Of a stretch of 64,000 nt of DNA, positions 27,001-40,326 are shown in pieces (the stretch's first letter is position 1; every line of letters begins with the position of its first letter). The DNA comes from Paraspadella gotoi. Lineage: Eukaryota > Animalia > Chaetognatha. The translations under genes and the position numbers were made by a program. Under the pieces are notes generated by a model. The model was not told where the DNA came from. It was given only the letters and a program-made list of their open reading frames with translations, and did no database searches. The stretch spans positions 13,693,326 to 13,757,325 of the forward strand of contig CM119267.1 in the NCBI GenBank assembly GCA_051294375.1. The letters run 5' to 3'.

Positions 27001-30000
27001 AGAAAATAGAACGAAAAAAATGAAAAAAATAAAAAGAAAGATGAAAGAAATTAAAAGAAAAAGAAAAAAGATAAAAAGGAAAAGATAGAAAGGAAAGAAA
27101 AATAGAAAGGAAAGGAAAAATAGAAAGGAAAGAAAGATAGAAAAGAAGAAAAAGAAAGAGGAATAAAGAAAAATAAAGAAAGAAAAGAAAAAGCGAAAAA
27201 TAGAAGAAGAAGCAAATGAAAGAAGAGGATAAAGTAAAGAAGGAAAGAAGATAGAAAGAAAGAAAGGAAGAAAGGAAAAAAGGAAAAAAGAAAGAAAAGG
27301 AAAGAAAGAGAAGGAAAGGGAAAAAATGAAAGGAAAAATAGAAAGGAAAAAAAAAGAAAGAGGGAAAAGAACATAGAAAAGAAAAAAGGAAAGAAAATAA
27401 GAAAAGAAAGAGGAAAAAAATAGAAAGGAAAGAGAGAAAGAGAAGAAAGAAAGGAAAGAAAGAAATAGGAGAAGAAAAAGAAAAAAGAAGTAGAAGAAGA
27501 AAGAAAGAGAAGTTAGAAAGAGAAAGAATTAGAAAGAAAATAGAGAGAATAGAAGAAAGAAAGAATAGAAACAGAGAAAGAATAGAAGAAAGAGAAGAAG
27601 GAAAAAAGCAGATAAAAGAAAGAATAGAAGAAAGAAAAATAGAAAGGAGAGAAGATAGAAAGGAAAGAAAGAATAGAAAGAAAAAAAAGAATAGAAAGGA
27701 AGAAGAATAGAAAAGAAAGAAAGAGAAAGAAAGAATAGAGGAAAGAGAAAAAGCAGAGATAAAAAGGAAAAGAAAAAGAAGAAAGAAATAGGAAAGAAGG
27801 AAAAAAGAATAGAAAGGAAGAAAGAAAAAAAGAGAAAAAAAGAATAGAATAAAGAAAGGAAGAATATAAGGAAAAAAAGAAATAGAAAAAGGAAAAAAGA
27901 AATAAAGAAAGGACAAATAAAGAATAGAAAGGAAGAAAAAGAAATAGAAAGAAAGAAAGAAAAAAATAGAAAGGAAAATATGAAAGGAAAAATAGAAAGA
28001 AAATTTAGAAAGGAAAGAAAGCAAATAGAAAGGAAAAATAACGCGAAAAGAATAAGAAAAAAAAGAAAACAGGAAAATAAGAATAGAGAAAGAAAGAATA
28101 GAAAGGAAGAAAGAATAAGAAAGGAAGAATAGAAAGGTAGAATAGAGAAAGGAAAGAATAGAAAAGGTAAAAGAGAAGAAAAAAAGGAAAGGAACGAATA
28201 AAAGGAAAGCAAAGAAAGAAGGAAAGGAAAAATAGAAAGAAGAAAGAATAAAGGAAGGAAGAATAGAAAGGTAGAATAGAAAGGAAGCGAGATAGGAAAG
28301 GAAAGGAAGAATAGAAAGGAAAGAAAGAATAGAAAGGTAAAGAAGAGATTAGAAAGGGTGAAAATTAGAAAGAGAAGAAAGAATTAGAAAGGAAAGAAGA
28401 TAGAAAAGGAAGAAGATTAAAAGGAAGAAAAAAAGAAAATAAAGAGTGACGTGAAGACCGAAATAAAAACCCGATGTGCGATAGCAAAATGATAACATGC
28501 ACAATTGCGAAGCTTAATTTTACGAGTTCATTCCTATTTCAATTTTTTTTTAATAAAAACGCAGAGAGAAAAAAAAATCAAAAGGCAGAAGCAGCAGGAG
28601 AAAAGAGATATAGAATAAGCCCCTGCAGAGCCAGCTGCCAGACTCCAAAAGGCAGCAGCAAAAGCAGCAGGAGAAAAAGAGAAAAAGAATAAGCCTTGTA
28701 GAGCCAGCTGCAGAATCGTTTTTTCCCCTATGATTATAATCAGTGACTAGGGAAAAGAGAGAGGAGAAAAAATGTAATTAAAAGAGAAAAGAGAGAGAGA
28801 AAGAACATATGAAAATAAAAAAAGAAAATTTGTTTGTTTTGAAAAAACATATGTAATAACTGTCCAGACTCAATTTTAAAGCACATCGATGATAAGCGTA
28901 TATAAATTCAGCTTCATACACCCAAATTTAATCATAAAAAAGGCGATCTATAATTTGGAACGACGACGACATGACGACGACGCTACTTATGGGCAAAAGC
29001 GATACAAATATAATATAATATATATATATAATATATACAGTATACAAATCGGAGATTGAATTGTTATCTCTGAATAGGTTATATGAAACATCATTTTTTT
29101 TCTTCATATATGAAAAATAAATCAATGCAAAATAATGTTTGGTAGTAGGATATAACTAAATATGGATAATTAAAAAAATTAATATATAATTTTTTTTTTC
29201 TTATATAGTCCAACTTTATGAATTATTTATCAGTTTATCTGTCAGTGTCCACCCATCATATCTTGTTGCGTAGATTTACTTGGTCATCTTAACATACTGA
29301 ATTATAAAAAATTATTCAAAAAATTGAATCCTTCCAATTTTTTGTTTTATTGCTTAAAATTAGCAAAAACAATAAAAGTTTATGTAAAACGATGATGATG
29401 ATGATTTTAAAGAGTTTTCCATTATTTGACTCGCTTATCATCAAAATTTGAAAAACGCATTATACTTTGGGTCGATCAACTTTTTATGGCTATCTGAATC
29501 CGTTCTAAAAAATAAAAAATAAAAATCTTAAAAGCATAAGGATCGTCGCAATCACATAAGAAATCTGGATTGACCGACAATTTTGATACTAAAAAAAATA
29601 AAATTAGAGAAAGAAAATTAATTTATAAACAAAGAAAAATATATTTTACGATAATCATTAAAAAAAACTACCAAGGAAAATTAAAGTTACAGTTTCTGAA
29701 AAAAAAAAATATCATGTATGAGAACCGGGGGATAGCCTGTGATACCCGGGGCGCGGGGTATGCTCACGCAACTGGCGGTAGGGGCTGGCGGACCCTCAGT
29801 GACGCTGCGCTCCTGTCTGGCATGTTTATACCACGATGCATCCCATGTCACATTTTAAGACCAGAAACGGATATCCCAGGGATTGACCAACCGGGAGCGC
29901 ACGGATGGAATGAGATGATTTGCCTGCCAGCCATTTGAGACGAGGCTGAGGACGGACAGCAGTGGGAGGCAGCTTTAAGTCTTGCTGCCCACAGGAGTCC

Positions 30001-30700
30001 CCCCAGACTTCTCAACAGGGGCCTCAATCCCTGAGGAGATGTCTGAGAGAAGGTTTTTGATCTCAATTGCCATAAGGAGAGCGAGCGACAGAGCGGTCCT
30101 GGAGCGTTACCCAGAGAAGTAGGGCATCGGCGTGAATATGCCATACCCTAAGCGACTAAGCGTGGGCGGCACGTGCGCAGCGGCTTGCGTGTTCGAGAAG
30201 TGGGCTCACCACAACTTATGCAACCGGGAGGATAGCCTGTGAACCCGGGGCGCGGGGTATTCACCACTGGCGTAGGGGCGCGGACGCCTCAAGTGACCGC
30301 TCTCCTGTCACTGGCATGTCTTATACCGGCACCGTCACATTTAAGCAGAACCGGATACCCAGGGACTGAACCCGGGACGCACGGATGGGAATGAGATGAT
30401 TTACCTGCTCAGCCATGAGACGAGGGCCTGAGGATCGACAGCAGTGAGGAGCTAAGTCTTGGCTGCACAAATTGTCAAATAAACTGATCAGCAGACACAA
30501 CCCTGAGATAAAAAATTTGAGAAAAAATTAATTTATAAAACAGAACAATTCTAATTTTGCGATTGTCAATAAAAAAAAAGTACCATCGAAAATTAAAATT
30601 ATAGTTTTGAAAAAAAAAACAAAAAACACACCAATTTTCAATGTCAGAAAAATAAACTAATCAGCAGACGCGGTCCCCTGAGAAAAAAAAACAAATAAAA
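24025..30700 (+). other. Indel-rich duplicate of ~16930-24025 (includes SWAP70-like exons 2-3); probable raw long-read gap fill
   Basis: Collinear with the clean copy but with scattered 1-bp indels throughout; ends at the 25-N gap 30702-30726. Confidence 0.85.
29715..30469 (-). mobile_element. Miniature LTR retroelement (TRIM-like): LTR-PBS-internal-PPT-LTR
   Basis: Direct repeats at 29715-29993 and ~30217-30469 with outer TGT...ACA ends. TGGTGAGCCCAC (PBS-like, 30211-30200) follows the 5' LTR and a G-run precedes the 3' LTR. The element is absent from the duplicate locus at 23796-23806. Sequence is noisy. Confidence 0.72.
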
Positions 30701-33700
30701 ANNNNNNNNNNNNNNNNNNNNNNNNNTCCCGATGTTGCGATAGCAAAATGATAACATGCACGAATGTAATGCTTAATTTTACGAGTTCAATCCTAATTCA
30801 ATTTTCTTTTAATAAAAACGCAGAGAGAGAGAGAGAGAAAAAAAAAGAAAGAAATCAAAAGGCAGAAGCAGCAGGAGAAAAGAGAAAAAGAATTAGCCCC
30901 TGCAGAGCCAGCTGCAAACTAATTTTTTTTCCCTATGAATCAGTGACTAGGGAAAAGAGAGAGGGAGAGAGACATGTAATTAAAAGAGAAAAGAGAGAGA
31001 GAAAAAAATATAAAAATAAAAGAGAATTTTTTTGTTTTAATAAAACGTAAACAAAACATATTTAATAACTGTCCAGACTCAATTTTAAGCACATCAATGA
31101 TGAGAAACTGTATATAAATTTTCAGCTTCATACACGCAAATTTAATTATATAAAAGGCGATCTATAATTTGGACCGCCGACGACGACGACGCCACTTATG
31201 CGCAAACGCGTTACAATATCGTCGCAATCGCTAATCGATAAAAAATTAAATTATGCATTGATAAATATTTAAATGCTTCAATGTTAAACTGTGCTTCACT
31301 AGTGATGCATGTGATTTATCTTAAACAACAAATAAAGACATTAACATTAACAGTTAAAAAGATAAAAATTCCTGGGCTACTAAGAAACGAATCTTTTAAA
31401 ACTGATATTTATTTTGTCTATTTAGAGCTATGATAGTTTTTTATGACATATATAATAATTCTTTGTGATACAACTGTAATATAACAATAAAAAACCATTA
31501 TATTTTTAGTAGATTAAAAACTATTAATATTGCGTATTTGATCAGTTTTTGAGCGTTATTTTCGGTTTTGGACACGCCCACTATAGGTCGCATCGCAGGA
31601 GTATCAGTCTCACCAAAAATAGAACCGGATCGGAGTGCGTAAATCGGGCTAGAAATCTACTATGAAATCTAAATTCAATAGGGGCGGGGGTTAAAACTTT
31701 AGTCTTGAAGTCTACTTTTAGGTAAAAAAAGAAATTTTAACAAAGTTCGATTTTAATGCTTTTATTGTTGCTATTAAATATTTACAAATATTACTATATA
31801 ATGATAAAAATTTTTTTAATCAATCTTAACTTTTTTTGAGGGATTCTGATAGAGCATAAAAAGTTAAATAAAAAATATAAACTACAACTTTCAAAAATAT
31901 TTGTTTCTTGGTCAAAATTAAGAAAAAGTAATAAAATATATCGAAAATGATGATGATGATGATTATAAATAGTTTTTCATTTTTTTCACACACTTATGAT
32001 GAATAATATCGAAAAAAGAATTATACTTTGTGTTGACAATTTTTGTCGAAGCTACCCTGATATCTGATTTTAAAAATAAAAAAATCCTAAAAAATTTTTT
32101 AGCCTTTCCTATTTATAAATAAATATAAAATAAAATTATATGTGAGTATGAAGTAATATTAAAAAAAATTTGTCAATTCAAATTTGTTAAAAATATCTAA
32201 ATTTTCGTTTGAGCAGGTGCTTAATTCAAATTTCTTAACCACCTTACTGATGTCTGAGGTGCTCCCCCACACGGTTCGGGGCTTCGGTCGGTCCGGATCT
32301 GGTCGCTCGGTCGGTCGTGTATCCCACTTCCGGTCACGTGGATTACACAGTCATGTCATCACACTTTAGCAATTTCTATTCGGATTTTTGGCAAAATATC
32401 TTTTGTCTTTCAAACTCCTTTGGCGCATTTCTATTAAACGTTATTCTTTCGTTTTTTTTGTCTAGTCACTCGGGAATTATTATTTTCATGCATATCCGGT
32501 CTTTGGCGTCAATCTCGCAAATCTCTCTTTGATTGCTGGTCTTGGTTTACCCACAACATTATATTCACGTCAGAAATAACTAATTTTTTAGTTAAAAACT
32601 ATATATTTTTAATAATCAATAACCAGCCTCTTTCGCTAAGGTTCTGGTTGACATTACTCGTTATTTTGCTTATTATTTGTAGAATGAAAGAGTTCATACA
32701 GTGGGCATTAAGTTGGCAAAGGATTTAGAATCGGAAATAGCCTCAGAATTTTCCTTAAGTTCAGCTTTAAGTTGTCGGGATATTTAGGGAATCAATCGAA
32801 AATTTAACTTCACAAAGGCATTCATAGCTGGGGTGGGTTGTTCTGAGACGATAACCCCCCTGTTGCGGTTTTTTGCGGGTTGTTTTTTCGTCTGGTTTTC
32901 TGAAGACAGAAATCCTGACTTGCAAGTCAGATCCTGGAGTTTATGTTAAATCCGATCGGCAAATTTTATTTTCCTATATAATTGAACTAGAAGTTGCGGA
33001 ATGGCGAGCGAAAGTCAGGAGAGTAGAGAAGAAAAAGAGAGAGGAAAAAGAAAGTAGAGAGGAGAGATAAGTAGAGAGAGAGAATAAGGAGATGCGTAAC
33101 TATCACCGATGCTCGTTTTTGACTAATCAGGAAGAGAAGAGAGAGAGAGAGAGAGAAGAGAGAGAGAAGAGAGAGAGAAACAGAGAGAGAAAGAGAGGGA
33201 AGAGAGAAAAAAAAAAAAAAAAACGAGGAGGAGACGAGAGAGAGAGAGAGAGAGATTCGTAACTTTAAGCCTCCTGCAGGTAAAACCATTTTGGGAATAA
33301 TCATAAGAGAAAGAAGAGAGAGAAAGAGAGAGAAAGAGAGAGTAGAGGATAGAAAAAGGTTAAAGTTTCCAAAAACAAAGAAAATTGAGAGAGCATTAGT
33401 GGTCAGTTTAGAGGGACACGATGTTAGTTGAGGCTAGATAGAATAATGTGAAGAAGAAATGAAATTTGGTGAACGGTGAGAGAGAGAGAGAGAGAGAGAG
33501 GAGACGAGAGGAGAGAGAGAGAGAGAAATTAAACAATTAACATTTGAGCAATGTACAACAACTGATAAAATTAAACAAACTTCATTTTGTTATGTCTAAT
33601 AACAAAATTGTATAGTCGACTAAAAACGTCCGGTCCAACCGTTCTACGGTCCCAGCGGCATATGGTGCGTAGGCAAGTCCATTCGCTCCTGCGCCCAAAC

Positions 33701-35770
33701 CAACAGGTCTCGGGTTCTAGCCCGGTGGTCGTCTGGCTAGTTTAAGAGGGAGGCGCTTATCCGCCTGTAACAATGGTGTTACAGCCTGATCGCGCGAAGC
33801 TCACGGGACTGCTTATATTGAACGGTCTGTCATTAACACTTATGCAATAATTACTGTCTCTTCATTGCAAATAATTGCATTTTGAACATTTTTGAAAAAT
33901 TGAAATGAATGAAATTTGAAATATAAGAGTTTAATTCAGAGGATAGATTAAGGTAAAGAATTTTAGTGAAATAAATTCGTTCGTGGTTGAAAACTTTTAT
34001 CGTGTCCCTCTCTCTCTTTCTCTTCCCGGCTCTGTCCGTCTCTCTCTCATTCTGTGAAAACTATTTATAGATAAACAAATTTTCGCGCTGAAGAAGGCTC
34101 TCCATCAGAGACGCAACACTATCCGGGATATTCTTTGTTTAAATTTGATCCGTTGTTTTTAAATAAATAAAAAACAGTTGTAACAACTAAAACTTACCAA
34201 CACAACGAATCGAGAGAAATTACAATATATCTTTTTTAGTTAAAACCGCTTAATTAAAAATCCCTGCCTAATTCTCAGTCTCAATGTCTAATTTTTTTTT
34301 GTAATTATCCTTTCTAATAATTTTTTAACAGTTTGTCAATAAAATTCTTTTCTCTGACTGTATTTTGCATTATTTAAAACCTTTGAGTATCTTTATAACT
34401 CTAATTTGCATGATTGTTAGTATTTATATTTTTTAAGATGCAAAAATACTCGGAAAAATTTTACATATTATGACGATGAATATATTAAATTAGATATGCA
34501 TTCTAACATTAAAAACCAGTAATAGAATTGAAGATACTTGTCAAAGCAAAATGAATCGTGGTGATACCTGGCAATTAAACTTTTAATGCAAAACAAGTTC
34601 GCAAAGGATAAAGCCTTTTTGCTAATAAGATAAAATCAAAACAGAATTATTGGAGGTGGGTGGGGTTGGTGGCTTAAATGCATTAGAAATATCCGGGCGC
34701 GGAATTCTGCTAGTCCACCTTACTCCCATGGCTTCATAGTGTAGTGGTTTACAGGGGGTAAGCGAGGCTGTATGAGATATTTCTGCTGTCCACCTACTAT
34801 GGCTTCATAGTGTCCCCGCCTAAATCGGGCGATATCCGCCGCCAGAATGGAATCGCCGAATACTGATTGACTGAGCTGGAACCGGATTCGACCAATCAGC
34901 TTGCAGGAACCATGAAACTGTCAAAATCACTCTTGCCTCTGATCCTCTCTTTCAGATATAAATAGACTTAGCTTTTCTTAGTTTCAAGAGCAATGATCAA
35001 GACTCCTGCGTGTGTCTCACCGTCACCTTATAACTCACAGAATAAATCTCGTTTTGATTTCATCCCAGAAATCCATGAGTTTTTCTTTCAATGTGGTGGC
35101 AGCAAATTCGAACCAACGCCTCCGAAGAGTATTTCCTTCAATGGTAGGAATCTTTTTAAATTTTTTTTGAAGTAAAACTGATTAAATAATGAGAGTAATT
35201 GCAAGATAAGTAAATAGTCTTATAAAAATAATAATTACTTAAATTTTAAGAAATTGGTACAACCAATATAAAAATTATCCATTCATTTAATAAATAAGCT
35301 ATCTTGCCCCTGACTTTGGTGGTTTAAGGCCTCCATCACTCTTACTCTCTTACACTCTTACTTAAATTTTAAGTTAAAGAAAAAAGAAGAATTCCATGTT
35401 GTGCTCAACGTCAACTTCGGTCAATTGTGCGTGGGTCTAACGCAAAATCTTATTGTTTACACCTTGTTAATCGTTTTAAGCACCTAAAATTATACTAGAA
35501 ACTGAGAAACTAGAACATGATTGTGAAAATTTTCGATTGCATGGTAAAAAAAAAACAGTGTAATAATTATGTTAAAAATCAACTATACTTAAAAACCATT
35601 AAAAACCGTGCTCTTTTTGTCTCCCAATTAAGCAGGATATTGGCTTTGATATGTACTATTTTCATGAATTAAATAAGTATAACAACATAACCAACTAGTG
35701 GGTTTAGCTTTTAGGCAACCAATCAGTTAAAAAACATTAAATCTCCCCGCCACATTCTCTACGACCAAAC

Positions 35771-37141
35771 CTGCAATTCCTCCCTCCTTTTTCGCTCCCC
35801 CTCGTGCAGTTGCACGGCTTTTTCTTTCTCCCGAATGTCCTCCATCCGCTTGGTCTTCTCTCGTTCAAGACTCATCCTGGCATCCTCATTCCACTTGGCC
35901 AGCGTCTCCCTCAACTCACGCGTCTCCGCCTGGGTCTCAAGTTCCTTCTTCCGTTTGGACCGTCGCTTGACAAACTCGCGTCTGGCACGACCGGTTATCC
36001 CGACTCGGCGATCCTCGATGGCCGAGCAGATAGCGCTTATCCATTCGTTTTTTTCGCGGAATCCCGAGGCGCTGAAGTCGTGGATGTTTTTATCGTTCTT
36101 TGTTCCAGCGTTTTTTCCTCTGAATACTCCTTCGACAGTGAAAGCGTGAGGCGTAGCGAAAGGCCCCGCGCGAGCATTGGATATCGGCTTAACCGTAGTG
36201 GATGGCAAGAGCTTGAGTTCACCCTTGAGCTCGTCTTCCAGGGGTGAGGCGTAATAGCGCAAGAGGCCCGGAGTGAGGACAAGCCAGCGACGTCGCCAAC
36301 CAGTCACGGCCATTCCGCGTTTGTTGAGTGAACCTTTTTTTAAGACGTCGCGTCGAAACTCCTCCCAAACGGCCTTGACGACTTCGGAGACGTTGGACGA
36401 CTCTTGATCGTGCAGGTACCAGATTTCCAGCGGATTGAGGAGAAGAAAATACGAGAAGGCGGGCGTTCCCTCTGTAAGGTCCTCGAACTCGTCCAGCCGG
36501 AATCCTTTCCCTATTTTTAGCATAATTCTCTCGATAAGAAATCCTACCTCCTCTTTGTCCACGAAGAGGTCAATGTCGTCCTCCTCTTCATCTTTGGCCT
36601 CTTCTTCGGCGAGAAAGTTGAAGATGTCCCACAAGCGACGAGCGTCGGAGTCGTCGAGAACTCGAGAGGGGCGGTTCACTTTATCGTCCAAGTATTTGGA
36701 TTTTGTCAACAACCAGCAGAGATCCTCTACATTTTCGATTTGTTCCTCAGTAATGCTGCCCTGATGAGCCAGCAATCGACTCAATAGCGCCTTGTCGAAA
36801 TAATCGATGAATTCGTTGAAGGAAATTGAGTCACTGTCTGTCTTGTCGTCGAACCAATTGGTGCGGGAATTCTTGTCATAGCCAAGAACGTTGCCTAGGT
36901 TTGCGAGTAGAGCTTTGGCTTGGGACAATGGCGGCGAGCATCTAGTAGAATCTGTGCTTAAGATGCTGATCCTAGATTCGTCAGTGCCCGATCTGGTTCC
37001 TTGGACGCCTCGAGATAAACGGATGCCAATCTCTTCTGAAACCCCTTTTGTTCGGGATAGGGCGTGGTAAGCGTGCCATATCGGGTAACGCAGCCGCCAT
37101 CCGGCCCAATCCAGGGAATCAACGTGCGTAGAAACAATCAT
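35771..37141 (-). CDS. SWAP70/DEF6-like protein exon 1 (EF-hand-like N-terminus, PH domain, start of coiled coil)
   Basis: IWHAYHAL..SQAKALLANLGNVL, LWDIFNFLAE, DVLKKGSLNKRG..TGWRRRWLVL..LRYY..LKGEL..EKNEWISAI match SWAP70/DEF6; ends CAG|GTTTGG. Confidence 0.92.
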
Positions 37142-38404
37142 GACATAGTCGCATTAGTAGTAGTAGTCTCTACGGCTGATATAGAATGAAAATACTACAT
37201 AGTAAACTATTGTGAATTTGATTTGTACGTCAATTGAGTACAATTATTACTATTGAAAATTAGGTTACATGTACTGGCAAGTCATTCCCAAATTGCAATT
37301 TGCAGCTTCGACAGACGAAGTAAGCTTTCCAAAACATTTGAATCCACATATACGGGGCGAGTGAAGATTTTAACTTTTTAATTTTTACTAATCAGCCCTT
37401 ATATTTTATTTACCTAACCTATAACCAAACCGAGGGATGAAATAATTAACCATAATCTACCCACTGCCTAACCAACCATTATTTTAATTTGATAACTACC
37501 CTAAGATTACGCCTAACCCGTCTTTAAACAGAAACCATTTAAAAATGAAAATAATGCCAACATAAACCAAAATAACGTCGGGGTGAAAAAGTGCGCTTAT
37601 TATCTAACAGTAACCCGATCTTTTTTTTTTTGCAAGAAAAGACAACTATATAAATAAATATATATGTTCGGGAGAATGAAATGTATAACAATTGTATAGA
37701 GGAGTTTTATTATTTCATAAACAAATATTAATTTGGGTAACTTTACTATTCGACGTCCGCAACCAATTTTAGGTACCAGCGGTCGGTGGTTTGTTAATCC
37801 ATTTAATTATGTTTTTCCTCTAACGTCGAGTTTTAATTTTTACAGTAATATATAATTTTTAAATTTTATAATAAATAATAATTGTTTTAAATTTATTTTA
37901 ATCCATATTTTTAATCATTTTTATGTTTTAGGTAGAAAATAAATTGTTTGTTAATGTACAACGAATTTTATTAAGAAACATAAATTTCGGACTTTAATGT
38001 ATTTATATTTTACAGACTCTCTCTTCAAACTTTGTGAATGCCAAATGATCGCAAAAAAATAGGCAGTGAGCCGAAAGTCAATATCTCTCTTATGAAAAGA
38101 GCATCCGAGTTATGGTCGTCTGGACTTAACATATTTGTTTTACAAATCAATTGATTTTGCGCTTATGAAGGCTTACATTGAAGCAGGGATATGTCCGAAA
38201 TTTATATTTTATAATAAAACTCATTGTACAATGTACATAAACACTTAATTTTTTATCTTAAAAAAATAACACAACAAAATGAAAGGAAAAATAATATTTT
38301 TATATTTTTTAAACGGTAAGCAAATCGGTTAGGGGTGGTTAGGGATTAGGGGTAGTTAAGTTTAGGGAAAGTTTCGAAATAAAATTTTTGATATAAACAT
38401 TTTG

Positions 38405-39477
38405 GGTTACTTTTACTTTCGCCGACCGGGGTTAGACTCGCGAATCGTGATATCTGAGTTCGAACTTTACTTCGTCACAAGGATTTATCGTTTAAATCAT
38501 TTCGTCATTCGTGCTTTAGTTTATTCATTGATTTTTGAGTTTATACTGATTTTTGTAATTTTTTTGAGTGTTTAAATAATAATTTTGATAATTATTCTTT
38601 ATTGTACTGTTTGAATATCTATATGCTTTGATTATTTTATTAAGGTACCCTTTTTAAACTCTTCATAAACTCAGGGAAATAAAGAGATTATTTGATCGTC
38701 GATCTGCTCAAGCCACCAAATCATGCCTTTGTGTAAAGTCCAGACGACCGTAACTCAGATGCTCTTTTATATAAGAGATATCGACATTCGTCTCTTTTTC
38801 TTTTTTGCGGTCATTCCAGATTCTGCTCTGAAACGGGACTCTTCTCTAAAATAATAAACAAATTGTGGATGCCTAATGGACGCTTAGTGGTTTCTTCGTG
38901 GATTTGTTTATTTGATTATATTGCTTCTTTGATTAATCATTTTATTATTAATTAGTATTTCTTTGATTGTATTGTATGAATATCTATATGCTTTGATTAT
39001 TTTATTAAGTGGATAAAAAACTTATAAACTTTACGGCGCCAGCGGTCCCGGTCTTCAGTCCAGTTTCTCTCCCGACGTCTTCTCCCTCTCCGCTAGGTCG
39101 AGGAAGGGGTTCTTTCATTTGAAGAATCTCTGGACTACCGAAGCATCACGCCGGGGTTGAAGAGTTTCCTCAAATATTCTTCGAATATTCGCGGGGGCGT
39201 TTTAGGAGGAGGACGGAACGACGGGTCCTAACATTAAGGGTAGTTAAAGTTAAGAGGGTTAGGGTAATTAGATCATATTTTTTTAAAAAATAAGTATTTT
39301 TAAATAGTTTTTTAAAAGACGCAAAGCCACGGTCGGCGAAAGTAAAATTGAGCCAAATTTTTTTACCTTTAACAATATTATTTATCTTTACATAACAATA
39401 TTTCTATATGTTGCTCTTAAGAACGAAAAACAAATAACCGACCGCAAAATCCCGGTCGGCGAATGTAAAAATAAGCC
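38405..39477. mobile_element. TIR element(s) with TTTTACTTTCGCCGACCG termini
   Basis: Left end GGTTACTTTTACTTTCGCCGACCGGG; two right ends CGGTCGGCGAA(A/T)GTAAAA at ~39330 and ~39453; GGTTAG-like subterminal repeats. Confidence 0.55.
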
Positions 39478-40326
39478 ATTAATATTAGTATCCAATGTGT
39501 CATGGTTGTGTCAAGATTTATTTTAGGAAAGATGTCGTTAAACGTCGTTAGGACAGACAACGGTCCCTGTTAATAAGGAGATTTGCGTTTCCCCTTTGTA
39601 ATGCAACCGAGAGCCGCTGAAAGAAATGTTTGTATTCCATGGAGTTTATTTTTCCCCATCGTCTCGCATTTTGGTGGGCAAAGGCTTTTGATCCGTAAGA
39701 TTTTTTTCTGAAAGTAAAAAGGAAAACAACAATGTTACTAATTATGAGGAATTAGACGTCAAGCAACTGTATATATCCGTAAGATCCGTAAATTGTTGAA
39801 AAAAGAATTCAGCCGTGACTCAAAACAGGAGGTGTAAACATATGTGTTCAACAGAAGCAGCGCTTACAAAAGAGCAAGGACTCGTGCACTGATATTTATC
39901 ATGCATTTTATATTATCCAAGAATAAACGATTAAAGATTTAAATTTAAAAATTTTAAAGTGATCGAAAAAATAAAATTATTTAATTGTTAATACTTTTTA
40001 AAATAAATTTAATAGAACATCAAAAGTAACAGTTTTCTGCAAAAACGCAATCTAAACCTGATATGAAACGCATCCAGCCTCTACCTAGCCCAGTTCCTCA
40101 TCCTACACCTGTTCCTCTGATTGCTATTTCTTTGAAAATTTCGACATGTGCAAGCGGGCTTCAAATTACAAATAAAAAGAATATCATAAATATTTTGAAA
40201 TTATCATTCATTGAATCTAAGTTGGGCGTTAAGTTAATGCACCGTAGTTCGCCCAACTTAGATTCAATGAATGATAATTTCAAAATATTTATGATATTCT
40301 TTTTATTTGTAATTTGAAGCCCGCTT

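Noticed and set aside
35804-36764. Plus-strand ORFs overlapping the SWAP70-like exon (also 17418-17954, 47375-47896 minus)
   Set aside because: Antisense shadows of genuine coding exons.
38325-38370. TTAGGG-like repeats (also 4303-4350, 37410-37520, 39235-39265)
   Set aside because: Few, degenerate units associated with TIR-element subterminal regions; not a telomere or interstitial telomeric array.
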